64,000 nt of DNA from Azolla caroliniana (Eukaryota > Plantae > Polypodiophyta): NCBI GenBank assembly GCA_043228905.1, contig JBHGNT010000018.1, positions 18,042,001-18,106,000 on the forward strand, read 5' to 3'. Below, piece by piece: positions 26,201 to 38,570 of this stretch (positions within the stretch are counted from its first letter, which is position 1; each line of letters opens with the position of its first letter). The notes under the pieces are model-generated. The model had not been told where the DNA came from. It ran no database searches and saw nothing but the letters and a program-made list of their open reading frames with translations. A program made the position numbers and the translations under genes.

Positions 26201-29200
26201 AGACTTCCAATAGCTCTTTTGAATCTAAATTTAACCCCAGTTTCTGTTCAACAAGATTTGGCATAGAACGATGAAAAGGACTGTTGCAGAACATATGATT
26301 AAGCTTTGTGCCATTGAAAACTGCTAGAAAAGCATCCTCTGAGTTTACGTGGCATGATGAGGCAATATCAATGAGCAAACTATAAACTCGGTACTGTAAG
26401 CTGTAATAGCCCTGGAATGAACAAGAACAAACACACCAGTCACGTGATTATAAAACAATCAGAAAGTGATACAGATAACTGCTGCTCCTCTACCTTTAAT
26501 GCCAACATATCAGAAAGATTCTGTAACAAGCTAATAGCTTGAAAATGCATATCCTTCTGATTTTGGTCTACAGGTAACTTGTACGGTGATGAAAACAACT
26601 TCTCAAAGAGATTTAAGCCATTGTAGATATCTTCCATAGGATCCTGTATTATAGGAAACATGTAAGAAAATAATGTCCTTAAAAACTCAAAAAGATTCTG
26701 AAAATAGCCACCTTTGATGAAGGATAAGTTTCTTGCACACAAATTGCCCTGAGAAAATAATATATTCCTAGATGGAACTCTGTTGAGTCATGCTTGGTGT
26801 GATAACCATATTTCTCATCAGCCACGTGATTTAACTGTTACACCAGAGAAAAAGGTTAATCCAATTGTTCTTTACAAATACCATGTGACTCCAAACACCC
26901 ACAAGAACAGATCTACCAAACAGGCCTTAGTCTACAACCTAATCAGTTGCTAGCAATCATATGATTGATTAGTACTATAGCACCCAATGAAAATCAACAT
27001 TCAAACTTTATATATTATAACACACCAGAATGTTAATGGCTTCTGTTAAGTAACTCAGCCATTCATCATCCCCTTGAGTGTCAATTCTATTGATCCTTCC
27101 CTTCCATACAAGAATCTTTGCTCGGTGTAACGGAAAATGTTCAAGTGTGTATATTCTATCAAGTAATAATTCTAATATCTTCCTTTGCATTTCTAAAGCA
27201 ACAATTGGTTCAGACTCTTCCACGGTTTCATAAAATAGAAGCTCCTGCAAAATGGTTAATATTCAAATTAGTAAGGAAAGTTCACATTTGTGTGTCCTCT
27301 GCATGCATAATCTTCTAATTTGTGAATGATAATTTGATAACACATTATGCATGCAAGATCAACCGGAGTGAACCACCCACCTCTTCTAAGAGTAGACCTG
27401 CCGCTTCTTGCGGTAAGGAAGGACTAAAGTTCTGAATTATGGAGTAAATGGTGTTATCTTCAAAATCTTTGTCCTGAGACAGGTTCATTGAAAAGACTCT
27501 CTGCTCAATAAGGTCCATTGGGGTCAGCCTACAGAATATTTTTAAGCCAACAGGATGCATCACTTTTGCAAATATACCTTTAGCCATGGTTGCAAGAGTG
27601 AGTGAGGAAAGGACTTTCTTAAGCATGTTACACTACTTCTCGCCCACTGTTCCACACTCTTCTGAAACACCTTCGTTGCTTCATTTGATTCATTGCTTCG
27701 GTTCAAAGTATCAACAAGAACACTGCTCTTTGTACAAGCGTCTGACATGGCATTTGTAAAATCCACAGAGTTTTCTGTATCAGCTAACTTGTCTGATTCC
27801 AAATTACAAGCTTTAGCAATCCGCGATACTCTTGTCCATGCGGCCATATAGGAAACTCTGAAAGGGTCACATGCCTGTGCCACCAAGAAGCAGAGGCAAA
27901 GGATTTTAGAACTGCTGTGCAATAAGCAATTCAGAAATGCATGAAAATCAGCACCTCATAGAAAGATATGCTTGTCAAATGAATGTGATTGCCTCAATTG
28001 ATTAGTTTAAACTTCTTTCCATCTTATTTAGAATATTCACAAAACATTAATCCAGAAGTCTTGAAATCATCCTTTTTAGAAATTTTATTTTAAAAAACAA
28101 GACCAACACCACATGTAAACCATCCATTTTCAATGTTCACTTCAAAGACCTCAGCAGGGTAAACTCTGTGGTAATTTAACTCAAATTTGAAAGAGAAATC
28201 ATCTTTTGAAAGTCAATATATATACGACTGGCATCGGGTGATAACAAAGTTTTTGTCGTCATCGGATATATAATATTGGCATATACTCCTGATGGTGTAT
28301 AATACTGCCATAGCTGGTGGTTCGTTCACTGACAGAACATAGCTCAACTGCAACATGCTTAGATACAAAATGGTCACTCCCTGATACTGCAATATCATCT
28401 ACTATTTTGTCAAACCGCTTACCATTTTGTGTAGCTTCATGTTGAACAACTGAACCCCCATGTTGTAACAAGATGACATAAGCCATCGAAGCTCATCCAG
28501 TCCAGGAAAAGTATCAGTGATGGATTCATTTATCAGCATAATGCATTCCTGCATCCACCAAATTCTTAGTTAGGTTCCCAAACATTTACAGTTAAGTTTT
28601 CTACTTGCTCAACAAAATGGATACGTTAAAATGAAAATATTTGGTCATGCCTTTTGGCTTTTCTGCCTCAATAATGATAGTCTAAGTGCTGCATTTGCGG
28701 CAAGAAAGAAGGACTTGCTTCCCCGTTGAAAGATATCCAGTTCATCAGCTGTTAGACAACTACACCTGCAGAAGCGCACAGGTTTATTTCAACTGCATCG
28801 CTGGGCAATCGTTGCACTAAGAAAAGGTCAAAAACTCAATAAATATAGCAGGCAGACATACCCTAAACCAGACTTTACTGATTTGCAGAAAAGGAGTAGA
28901 CAAACTTCCAAGGCACCATTCAGTTCAGAGAGGATACAAGGTTCTCCATTTCCTGCAATAAATATATCCCATTGTAGTTGGGTATAACTGGAAGCTGACC
29001 TACGAAGAAAGTCCAATGCCCTATAGACACTGACAAAGTTTCTCACAGTCAAGGCAGAAGTCGAAATTTCTTGGTTGTTCATGTGGATTGAATTAGAAAA
29101 TAGAATTGTTGACGTGTTTAAAAATTTCTGCACTGTATCAATGACACTGTGCAATATACTGCACGCCTTGAAAGCAAGAGTTTCAGAAAGATCAGGAGCC

Positions 29201-32200
29201 AGGACTAGACTAACAGCATATAATCCAGCCAGTGACATCATGGGGGCTGTCTCCTGCATCACAATATTGAGAAGTCAAAGTAAAATTTCTTAGTTATGCA
29301 TGTGACACATTTTCTATTATTAAATATCGGTTACCTGTAAGCTTTTGTCACTGATTGCTCTCCAAATATGGTCCCATCCATCTTGGCTTCTCTTGCCAGT
29401 TTGACAAAGTCGAGCATAGCACTCAACAAGTTCCACCATTTCAAATGAGCCTCGTACCTTTTGAAGCTGTGCATGAGTTTGCGCACTTGTCAACCATTCT
29501 GCTCTACAACGGACGTTATTGTTTCAGGGAGTATGCTATCATTAATCTAGATTCCTTCACATGGTCTTTACAAAGAACATTACTCAAATGCATCATGCAC
29601 TACATGATGCCTAACAGAACTGTGCACAGACAAACGCTCTACTGGGAAACTTTGAATGGGCATAGTCACAACAAACAAATGCCCATAACAAGGGAACAGT
29701 ATCCAGAATCTGACTACTGACTACTGTAAAAGGAGACACTCCCTTACAACTTCCTACAATGGAGAAGTTCCCATTTCAAGCAAATCCTTTTCCTTATAGA
29801 TCTACAGAGAATGAAAAAAAATCAGTGTAATGGCTTCCATATGGATGTGGTCATAATGATAGTAAACCCATTTAAGTGTAAGCTATAAAATTTATACTCT
29901 CTTAGTCAATAGGTGGCATTATGATACGGTAATATTTATGTGCGGCAAAATCCTAATTTAAACTCTCTAACCAAGAACATTATGGTGTGGTTAGAGACAT
30001 CAATATATCTTTCTTTATTTCTCGTCATCAACAAATAAAGGCCATTATCATCCAGCATCAAAGGTGCTTCTCTCACTTGGAAGATCACTCCATCGTGGGG
30101 CGGCCATTTTTTAAAGGCAATTTCAGTCTACTTCAGTTTAAAATCGTACATTCTTGGATATCTAGAATCTTTAGTACCCTATCTTTAGTTATATTTACAT
30201 TTGTTGTTTGCAAAGAAGACGTGAAAACATTTTAAGATAGAATCTCTTGTTTGGTCTTATAGGTCATTTTGGTCTTTTAAAAGACATGAATGCATATAGC
30301 TTTCTATCTTACTACCATCACAGTATGCTCACTGCAGATCATATTCTTATTAGCCTACTCATATTCTAGTTTTCGCCACACCCTATCTGCTATTCAAATC
30401 TCAAACACAAGTGTCTCCAGTCCATGAAACAATGCATGAAGGACGGTATATTCTGATCCTAAAGGCCTGAAAAACATGGAAATGTTTTTACAGACATGCA
30501 AAAAGAACAGAACATCCAAACAGATTAAAATTTGTCAACCGTGAAGAAAGACAGATGAGCTGAAACTTGAATTTTGCATATAGGCTCTTGTGTTGATGCA
30601 TAACACCGTTTTTAACCAGCATTGACGTGCTAAAACCAGAATTATAAAAAATTGAAAGGTATAGTGGTCATTCTTTAAGAATTAACATAGAACAATATTC
30701 AATGCACCTTTGAATAAACCCATGGACCAAAAAATAATTCAATACATAACATCCTTTGCTTTCAAAATAGATGTTTTCATCTAATTATTAACATGGCATT
30801 ATTTCAAATATGAACTTCAATCAAATGTGGGTAGCTAAATGCACATGTCAGTAGGCGAAGGTAAAAAGCCATTAGAAATGCAAAATAGAGATGGTGTCTT
30901 GGAATGGGCAGAATAGCCATTTCTATGACACTGACAGACAAATGTAAATCTTACCCATTAAAAGGCTGACACAGAACGCTGAAGCTTTATATGCACAGAA
31001 TTCTAGTTCTAGCATGAGCGACATACCTGTTTTATCTGGCCAATTTTTATCAAGGCTTCTTCATACACAGCAATTGCAAGTTCTGTATTATTGGACCCCT
31101 TTGAGGTAATCCGTGAACAGATGCTTCTTACTACCTGTGCAAGCATATTAAATTCATAAACCTAAATGTGTTTCAAGATCCAAAAAATATAATGCAAATA
31201 GAGCATACCCTACAGTTATCTACGAACATATTGTGGGACATAAGCGTCAAGAAACCTCACAAAATCCAATTTACAATTGAAATAATCTCCTACCTTGCAA
31301 AAATTGTCATTCAGTGAAGACATTGCACACTCATACAAAGTAAGAGAGGCCAATTTTTCGGCAGAAACCACATTATCTGAACAATTTGATATCCTCATCA
31401 TTAGACACTTATTAAGCTCTTTGAAAAGTAAGCTCCTTTGCTTCTGTGCTTTGTTATCATCCAATATACTGTAATCAATATACAAAGTTTGAGCCCCGTC
31501 ACAAATTGCAAAATGAAGTCAGATTTTGATTTATTGATAGATTAGCCTTTCAATAAAAGAGAGTTTGATTTTATTATAAAGAAATCGGGCATTGTCATGT
31601 AGGAATCCAATCTAGCTCAATTTTATTCCAAGTACTTTGTTGAGTTCATGACGAAAGAAGGGCCAACTGCATGCCAAAAAGCATTTGCACCCCGTTTGTG
31701 TATTTTGAAATGGGGGGCATGCATATCAACTTCAACCCAGTGGAATAACTTCTGAGCTATTCATATGAGAACATGGATGAAAATCCAAGTTGAATCCAAC
31801 ACATTCAGGAAACACATATTGCCCCCAGGAAGCAGCAGTTAAGTGTCAGGTTTTAGAGACAAAATAAGAATGGCAAATGGCTTGGTGTATATATCTATAT
31901 TTGAATTTTGAACTAATACGTATTCGCAGTCAAGAATGTGACCAAATGGTGCATATTATAAGCCATCGAATATCAAAAAATTCCACAAAGATTTTGCATC
32001 TGTTGTGCTTAGTCAGGTTCTGATGTACAGTTTCATATTTTTAATTGACATTATAAAGGAATAAATATCTAGTATCAAACCTTAGAGAGGAATAACTGTG
32101 ATATCCTTGATAATAAGGACAGAATAGCCCAATATGCACTAACCAAGATTCTGCATGAAAAATAGGGAAGTACCTCAGCCATGGTTCCAGTTGCTGTGCA

Positions 32201-32901
32201 GTCTCGTATACAAGTGCAAAAAGGGATGAAATTTTAGTCCCAAGCTCCGCTGCACAAACAATTAAATCTGTTGCTGCCCCAACTGTAAGGACAATAAGTC
32301 CTTCATTTAATTCCCGGGCGCTATCTGGATTAGGAAGGTAGAACTTTTCTTCCTTGAAGTTAGTAAACTCTTGTTTAAGAGTTTCTGGTTTTGTCAGCAT
32401 AAAAGCTCTTGAGGAAAGGCTGAAGAATAGTTTTAGGTCTTGATCCAGTGCTTCTTGAAACTTTCCCCATGCTATGAGACGCCGAACCAACCAAGATCGT
32501 TGCAATTCTATCTCCAATGGAGCTCCAACCAATGAGTTTCGAACATGCTCGAAGCAGTCTAAAGCAAACACCATGCATTCAAAGAACTTATCAGCCTTCA
32601 TGAGACAACTTTCTTCAGCGGATATCTGAAGTTTCGATAGACCACTGGAGCAGAGTTTCAAAACTTGAGCTAAGAATGGGACAAACTCCTTTGCTAGGCG
32701 GTGCTTCTGTGCATCAGTGACATTCTCCTTGCCAGGCATAGATGCAACCTTGCAAATTGGCTCAAGATGAGCTTTCAAGGAAGCTAAAACGCCAAGATCA
32801 TTTTCACTTTCATTTTCTAATCTGGAGAGGATAGTGTCTGCATTATCTTCTGGTTTTGGAGCACGTTTGGTTAAAGTCGCCTTTTTCTCCTTGACAACCA
32901 T
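20202..32901 (-). CDS. ESP1: Separase (peptidase C50), about 25 coding exons
   Basis: C-terminal exons encode LFVYFGHGSG (catalytic His, ~20791-20876), LLMGCSSG (catalytic Cys) and ANLWDVTDGDIDRF. Further upstream are AFPWESFPSLR..VYRMPS, AYFLLNPSGDL and WWEWRMDLDIRL. The first coding exon is 32901-32174, and a 5'UTR acceptor lies at 32942-32943. The junctions I checked are in phase; some internal boundaries are approximate. Confidence 0.93.
21378..21630 (+). repeat. Dispersed repeat in separase intron (probable non-LTR retroelement 3' end), copy 1
   Basis: caacaaataaaggc...aggtgcttc...gaaga and aatctcttgtttggtctta...aaaagacat are shared with 30028-30290. Confidence 0.55.
29990..30290 (+). 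repeat. Dispersed repeat in separase intron, copy 2
   Basis: Colinear with 21378-21630. Confidence 0.55.
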
Positions 32902-34184
32902 TGCTAACCGAGAAGGGAAACCCCGTAGAATTTCGTTATCCCTGATATAAGCACATCTTATGCAAAGGATTTAGAAATTGAACCACAGGGGTCTTCACAA
33001 AGGTTCAAACTTAACTCGTGGAGAGCATGAGTAAAAAGGTGAACTTGGAGAGTCCACGGCCTGCTTCCATGGATCGACAACATTGCATGAAGTAAATAAT
33101 TGACACAATCCTAAATAAATGGTTTACCATCTATTATACAAAGGATTCAGAATTTGAAGCACATTGATTTGGAGAAAGACTCAGCTTCGGAGTGTGCTTA
33201 TCACACATTTCAATGGAGAGGTGAAATGAAATCCAAGCCACGATTTTCTGCCATGGATCGATGTCAGGAAATCGAAATGGTTTAGCTTTTACTATGTCTG
33301 TGCATGTCGTACGCAATGAATTCTAAGCCTGAACAACTGAGTTCTTTAGTGTATGATTCACACAATGAAATCTTCAATTTCTGGCAGAATTCGAGTTTAT
33401 GCAAAGGCCTATGGCTGTGTTTTATGCAAAGGATCTGAACCACAGTCTTCAGCAAAGGAATCAATATCTGAACCAAGCTATAAACGGCACAGAATTCTTC
33501 TACTTCCTTCAGAATTTGCAATAGTTTCACTTGAACTATGAAGGTATCTTATGCAAAAGATTTGAATACTGAACCACGAAAGTTTGCTGAAAGATTCATT
33601 GCCTGCGCCATGAGTCCAACCTAGACAGTTCACTTCTATGGATTTGCCGCCAGAGATTAAAGCGTAAAGGTTGAACTTCTGCTATGAACGAATATCATCC
33701 AAAATATTCAGACCCTGACCCACGCAGCGATTTGCACAGAAACGCGAGAGCTTTGACCTGCTGAAATCAGCAGAAGAGAAGAAGAGAGGAAACTTAGACA
33801 GTCCTGAGCAAGCTTCCGCGGATTTTGCACAGAATGCCTGAAGAGCGTCTACTGAAAGAAGCAACCAAAGAAGGTGAATGGAGAGAAGAACCTGGAGAGT
33901 AAGGAGCAAGCTTCGATGGATCTGCAGGGAAAGGTCTCGAGGACGTTGTGCGGGGACGAAGCAAGGAACGAGGAGGATGGAGATGAAGCTTGTGTGCGGG
34001 GATACTCAGCGAGCTTCCATGGATCGGAGACAGAGAAAGCGCGGGGAGGGGGAGATGGAGATGGAATGGTTTGAACTGGAGATCTCTCTCTGTATCCGTC
34101 TGTCTGTCTGTCTCTCCCGCCACACCAACGGAAATCGGATCCACACAGAGACACAGACACAGACACAGGCGCGGACACAGACAG

Positions 34185-34237
34185 TTTAGGGTTAGCTCTT
34201 CCCCCGCAGACCAGTTTAGGGTTTAGGGTTGAGGGTT
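34185..34237 (-). promoter_or_regulatory. Telo-box cluster (AAACCCTA) at the putative separase transcription start
   Basis: tttagggttag...tttagggtttagggttgagggtt on + lies next to a GC-rich 5' leader. Telo-boxes are established promoter/5'UTR elements of plant proliferation and translation genes. Confidence 0.55.
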
Positions 34238-34260
34238 ACTCTCCTCCTAACAATCGGCAA

Positions 34261-34432
34261 CGGTTCGGTTCGGTTCGGTTCGGTTTGAGAGAATCGAAAT
34301 CGAACCGGTTTGACACCGAACCGTTCAAATTTTTTGAAACCTAAACCGAACCGAACGACGAAACCGTTAAAAATTTAATCAAGCCGTTAAATTTGTGGTT
34401 TCGTCGTTCGGTTTTGGTTTTCAACTTAGGTC
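34261..34432. mobile_element. GGTTC/GAACC-rich MITE-like end, copy 2
   Basis: (cggtt)5-tgagag...aaaccgttaaaaa...ggttttcaacttagg is colinear with 9619-9763. Confidence 0.5.
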
Positions 34433-35690
34433 TAATTTTTTATTTTTAATTGAATGCTCGAAGGTAGTTCGCAAGTTGTGGGTATGCGAAGACTTATCAG
34501 TGACGGATTCGTGAGGTCCTGAACCATTCTGATTTGGCAATTGAGCAATCAAATAATATGATCACAACACTACAGCCATACATACAGGGCCATGTCTCGT
34601 TATAGGAGCGTTTACCTTCCCCGATAACGGCGGCACCTAAAAAGGTGCACGTGCACTCAAGGCCATCCAAAAAGAAAGTGACCAAACTGTCTAAGTTAAG
34701 AGTCATCAAGTTCAACGAATGACGAAGATGCGAGGACAACAACGGGGCAGAGTTGTCATCTGGTGTGCTTTCGTCTGACCTGAATAAAATTAGACGAGAG
34801 ATAATGCTGAAAAAACTAGTGCGGAAGGGACAGAGGTCTTTAACCTCCCCATTACCGACATCCATCGCCCACATGTTGATGAGAAGTCTGGACGTCGACC
34901 ACTGGAGATCAGGGAGCCTCACAAACTACGCGTCCAGAACCTCAAAAAGAAAATGAAGATTATTCCTCATGCAACAATAGTATCATTCATCATAATGGTT
35001 GATCCTGACGAGTGTTCGTGTTTAGAAGAGTTTGACGTTGTCATGAAAATTACTGGCTACAGTGAGAAAACTGGGTGGAATGGGCAAAGTCGACAATGTG
35101 CACCGTGTGCACATGTACATTCGAAAATGTGTATAAAATAAAAAGGGGATATTTATCCCACATTGTAACGTCCTTCCCTCCTTAGACTATAAAAGGAGAG
35201 GAAGGGGCTCTTATGAGGGGTTGCCCATTTTGAGTTAGGAGGGTATATAACTTTGATCTAGGATTTAGTAGTTTTCTCTTCTTCTTATTTCCTTTAGGGT
35301 TTTCAGCTTTGGTCTTCTTCACCCTATTTCGTTTTAAAGTTTTGTTTAGGTCTTCTTCGTCGTTGTCCTGTGGGTTGAGTCTTTTGTTTGTTAAGGGTTT
35401 AGTCCGGTTGAGAGCTCGTATGTCCTAGGGGAGGTCTCGCTTCCACTCTGTCTCTTGTGCAAGACCCCGATCGGCAACTTGGCAGCAAACCACTGATGTA
35501 ACCTAATCTACCTTAGCCTGGTTCGAAGTTGTATCTTGCTCTTATACATTAAGTGGAGTTCAGTGCATCTGTGTTTGTGTCTGTGTCTTTGGAGTTCTTT
35601 CTTTCCGATTTTTGTACATAGGAAGCGTATGTCTAGTCGGTGTTGTGTGTGTGTCCCTTTCCCTCTCTCATTCGGTTGCTTCTAGTACGT

Positions 35691-36708
35691 TGTGGAGGAA
35701 ATCCTCGCGTGTTCGCAAAATGAAGCGGGACCACCGGGGTCCTGGACCGGAAGGATTCGATGTTAGCAGCGTAAGCAAGAAAGTATTGAAGATAGATAGA
35801 TGGATGAAGAGAGAGAGAGAGACATTGAGATAGAGATTGAACCCTTGACTTTAGTTTTACAAGACAATGTACATCATCACTAGGATAACTCCAATCTTTG
35901 ATTAAAAGTTTCTTTTTTTTAATTACATCACTTGCCTCTTTACACACGCCCAACTATAGGCTTTTATAGGTCTCTCCATGCAAAAACCATGGGCCAAACC
36001 CACAGGCTAAAACCACGAGCCAACACCATGGGCTAAAACCACGGGCTAAAACCATGGTTTTGTGCCCATGGTTTCTATATGTTTGCTTCCTACAAAATAT
36101 TGAATATGAAAAGAAATTGTACAAATTCTAAAGTGCTCAGTAGTGGCTTTAGTGGTAAGTTAATTTGTCTCCTATCTTGGAGGTGCAAGGTTCAAGCCTT
36201 GCTTGCACCCTTCTATATGCACTTAAATGTTGCTAGGTTTTAGTCTTATTTTTATATTTACAATTGAGCGCACATCACACGTGCACATGTTTAACTTTAC
36301 ATCCAGCTTTCCTTTTACGATTCTCATTTCTATATGTTTACTTCCTACAAAATACTAAATATGAAAGGAAATTGTACAAATTCTAAAGCACTTAGTAGTG
36401 GCTTTAGTGGTAAGTTAATTTGTCTCCTATCTTGGAGGTGCAAGGTTCAAGCCTTGCTTGCATACACCCTTATATATGCACTTAAATGGGCCTTAGTCTT
36501 ATTTTTATATTTACAATTGAGCGCACATCACACGTGCACATGTTTAACTTTACATCTAGCTTTCCTTGCACGATTCTCATTTCAGTCCTATTTACAACAT
36601 GCTAGCATATGTGTGTGGCCTTCACCCCTTTCACACGTGCACGTTGCACCTTCTTGATTTCATTCGTTGCACACAATTTTCACACCGTTGCCGAAAATCT
36701 TCACGACA
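35691..36708 (-). mobile_element. Solo LTR B nested in LTR A in opposite orientation, TSD ACGT
   Basis: The minus strand starts TGTCGTGAAGA and ends ggtccaggaccccggtggtcccgc...ctccaCA. ACGT at 35687-35690 and 36709-36712. Confidence 0.8.
36072..36582. repeat. Tandem duplication (255 bp x2) inside solo LTR B, each unit with a tRNA-like A/B-box segment
   Basis: Units start tttctatatgttt at 36072 and 36327. Each has tggctttagtggtaa...ggttcaagcc. Confidence 0.85.
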
Positions 36709-38342
36709 ACGTATCCGGAAACGCTTTGATCAATCGCTAGAAACGGTGAAGCTCGACCTTCTATGCTACGTCTCTCTTAGGTCCAAGACCCCGATGGTCC
36801 CGCCTAATATCTAACACGCACGCGTGGATTTCCGCGACAACGTAAGAAAACACGATTAGTACAACTATTATGTCATTGGGGGATCACACTCAACAGAAGC
36901 AAGAAGGCAGTTGGTAAGAGACATCCCACAACATACTTCTTTAAGTATGTTGAATGTAAGATTTATGTGTCCTTAACAATGGATGAAGTGAAGTTGTTAG
37001 CCTGGGACCATAACAATGACAACCATCAAAAGATGTCATCGATAGAGCACATCTAATTTTTTCACCATGAATTCAAAGATGTCAAGAAGAGAATTGGACC
37101 AAAGATGTTTCCAGCACTTCGATGTCAATGTCTTCATGAAGTTGGGATCGTTGTGGACGATGTAGTGAAGTTTGATCGTATTCAAAAGTATGAGTCGTGG
37201 TTCCAGCTCAGAGATGGGGCTGTTTGGGAATTGCAAGACCAGATGTTTACAATGTGGGAAAACAAGAAGGTGAAAGGTCAACGACAAAAAAGGAAAGTTG
37301 ACCCACAACTAGAGTTGAAGTCAACCACGGCAAAAAATAAAATGATCTGACCATCGAGGGAGCAACGAACGACGTGAAGCTGACACCATGGAGAACCATG
37401 TAGGGTATAAAAGAAGAGCAACTACTTGTGTTCGCCTTGTCTAGAGTCGTGGCAAATGAGCTAAGCTTAGAATAAATGGTCATAGAAATTGCGACATGTC
37501 ACGACAACTGAATGTGGCCTAGTCAATCCTTACCAGAAGCCCCAACGACTCATGATGTGCATTATCGAAATGGTCTCTAATGAAGGAGATTGGATTTTAG
37601 ATTTGTTTTCTGGCACGAGTATGCTCTTAGACTTTGCTCTACAAAAGTATATACTTATTTGTTGTCTAATTGAAGCTATGATCTTATTATTTTCGTGATA
37701 GGTACGACATCTGCATGCGTCTTGAAACTATTTTGGAATAGAGTTGCATTGGAGAAGGACGAGGAGCAAGTATGTTTCATTAATATGCGGATTAAAGCCT
37801 TATGGGAGTGCCCAGATCAAGACGAGGAGGTAGGGGCAAAGCATATCGTGGATACGGAACGATTTCGAGCTGCCTCTCGTGAGCCTATTCCTCCCTTGTC
37901 TTGTGAACCTGGGGAGCTTATAGAACTAGATGATGAGCTTTTGGAGGACCCCACGAGCTAGCCTAATTGGAGTGGATGCCGATGCACAAAATTATGAGAA
38001 CAGTTCTCGAAAGGAATATGAAGAGAATGATGAACTTATAGCAATGTAATGAATTTTGTATTTTATAAAAAACATTATAATCAAAGTTTTTATTCTCTGT
38101 AAAGTAAGTTTGATTCCAAGTTTGCATTGTTTCTTTAAATATGTGTACTAATGTTTATATTGTTACATCAGTACTCGCGTCAACCCACTATCAAGAGTTT
38201 GTATATAAAGTGCTCCATCAGCACATTGTGTGTACTAAGCATTGTTGTTTTAAATAGAATTTGTTTTGTCTACTTACTCGGTCTCTCTCTCACTATGTAC
38301 TTGCTCTTGACCTCCATTCTCTAGGTATTCCTGACTTTGTTG

Positions 38343-38570
38343 TCTGGTAAGCTTTCACACTTTAACTTTTCACATGGTATTAGAGTGTGAGGGTTGTTTT
38401 GTCTGTAAGCTTCCGCACTTTAACTATTCACATGGTATTAGAGCGCGAGGGTTGTTTTGTCTGTAAGCTTCCGCACTTTAACTATTCACATGGTATTAGA
38501 GTGCGAGGGTTGTTTTGTTTGTAAGTTTCTGCACTTTAACTTTTCACATGATATTAGAGCGCGAGGGTTA
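38343..38570 (+). repeat. 58-bp tandem array (4 copies) of Copia LTR 3' end plus PBS
   Basis: ...cacttTAACTwTTCACA-TGGTATTAGAGCGCGAGGGTT repeats with the TG(G) of the PBS at 38375, 38433, 38491 and 38549. Confidence 0.9.

Larger units (their letters stand above)
35039..36839 (+). mobile_element. Solo LTR A (Gypsy lineage; ~780 bp net of nested LTR B), TSD ACGT
   Basis: Starts TGTCATG and ends ggtccaagaccccgatggtcccgcc...ccgcgaCA, the same terminal motif as the Gypsy LTRs. ACGT at 35035-35038 and 36840-36843. TATAAAAGG promoter-like motif at ~35188. Confidence 0.8.
34450..38050 (+). pseudogene. Degraded ParB/Srx-like + N4-C/N6-A DNA methyltransferase fusion gene, split by solo LTRs (35039-36839), with one GT-AG intron (37619-37701)
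   Basis: Removing the LTR and its ACGT TSD joins ...LEIREPHKLRVQNLKKKMKIIPHATIVSFIIMVDPDECSCLEEFDV to RKHD*YNYYVIGGSHSTEARRQL..KIYVSLTMDEVKLLAWDHNND (ParB/Srx-like). Downstream, splicing gives VNPYQKPQRLMMCIIEMVSNEGDWILDLFSGT(S)TTSACVLKLFWNRVALEKDEEQVCFINMRI, matching motifs X-I-II of N6_N4_Mtase. Several stops and frameshifts are present and motif IV was not found. Outer boundaries are approximate. Confidence 0.75.

Noticed and set aside
30955-30965. Possible 11-nt separase microexon (AG|CCTTTTAATGG|GTAAGA on the minus strand)
   Set aside because: It is not needed: the exon ending at 31027 can splice in phase to the acceptor at 29466, and the microexon would require a 61-nt intron. RNA-seq could revisit this.
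38343-38570. 58-bp array as CRISPR
   Set aside because: No variable spacers; the unit is explained as LTR end plus PBS.
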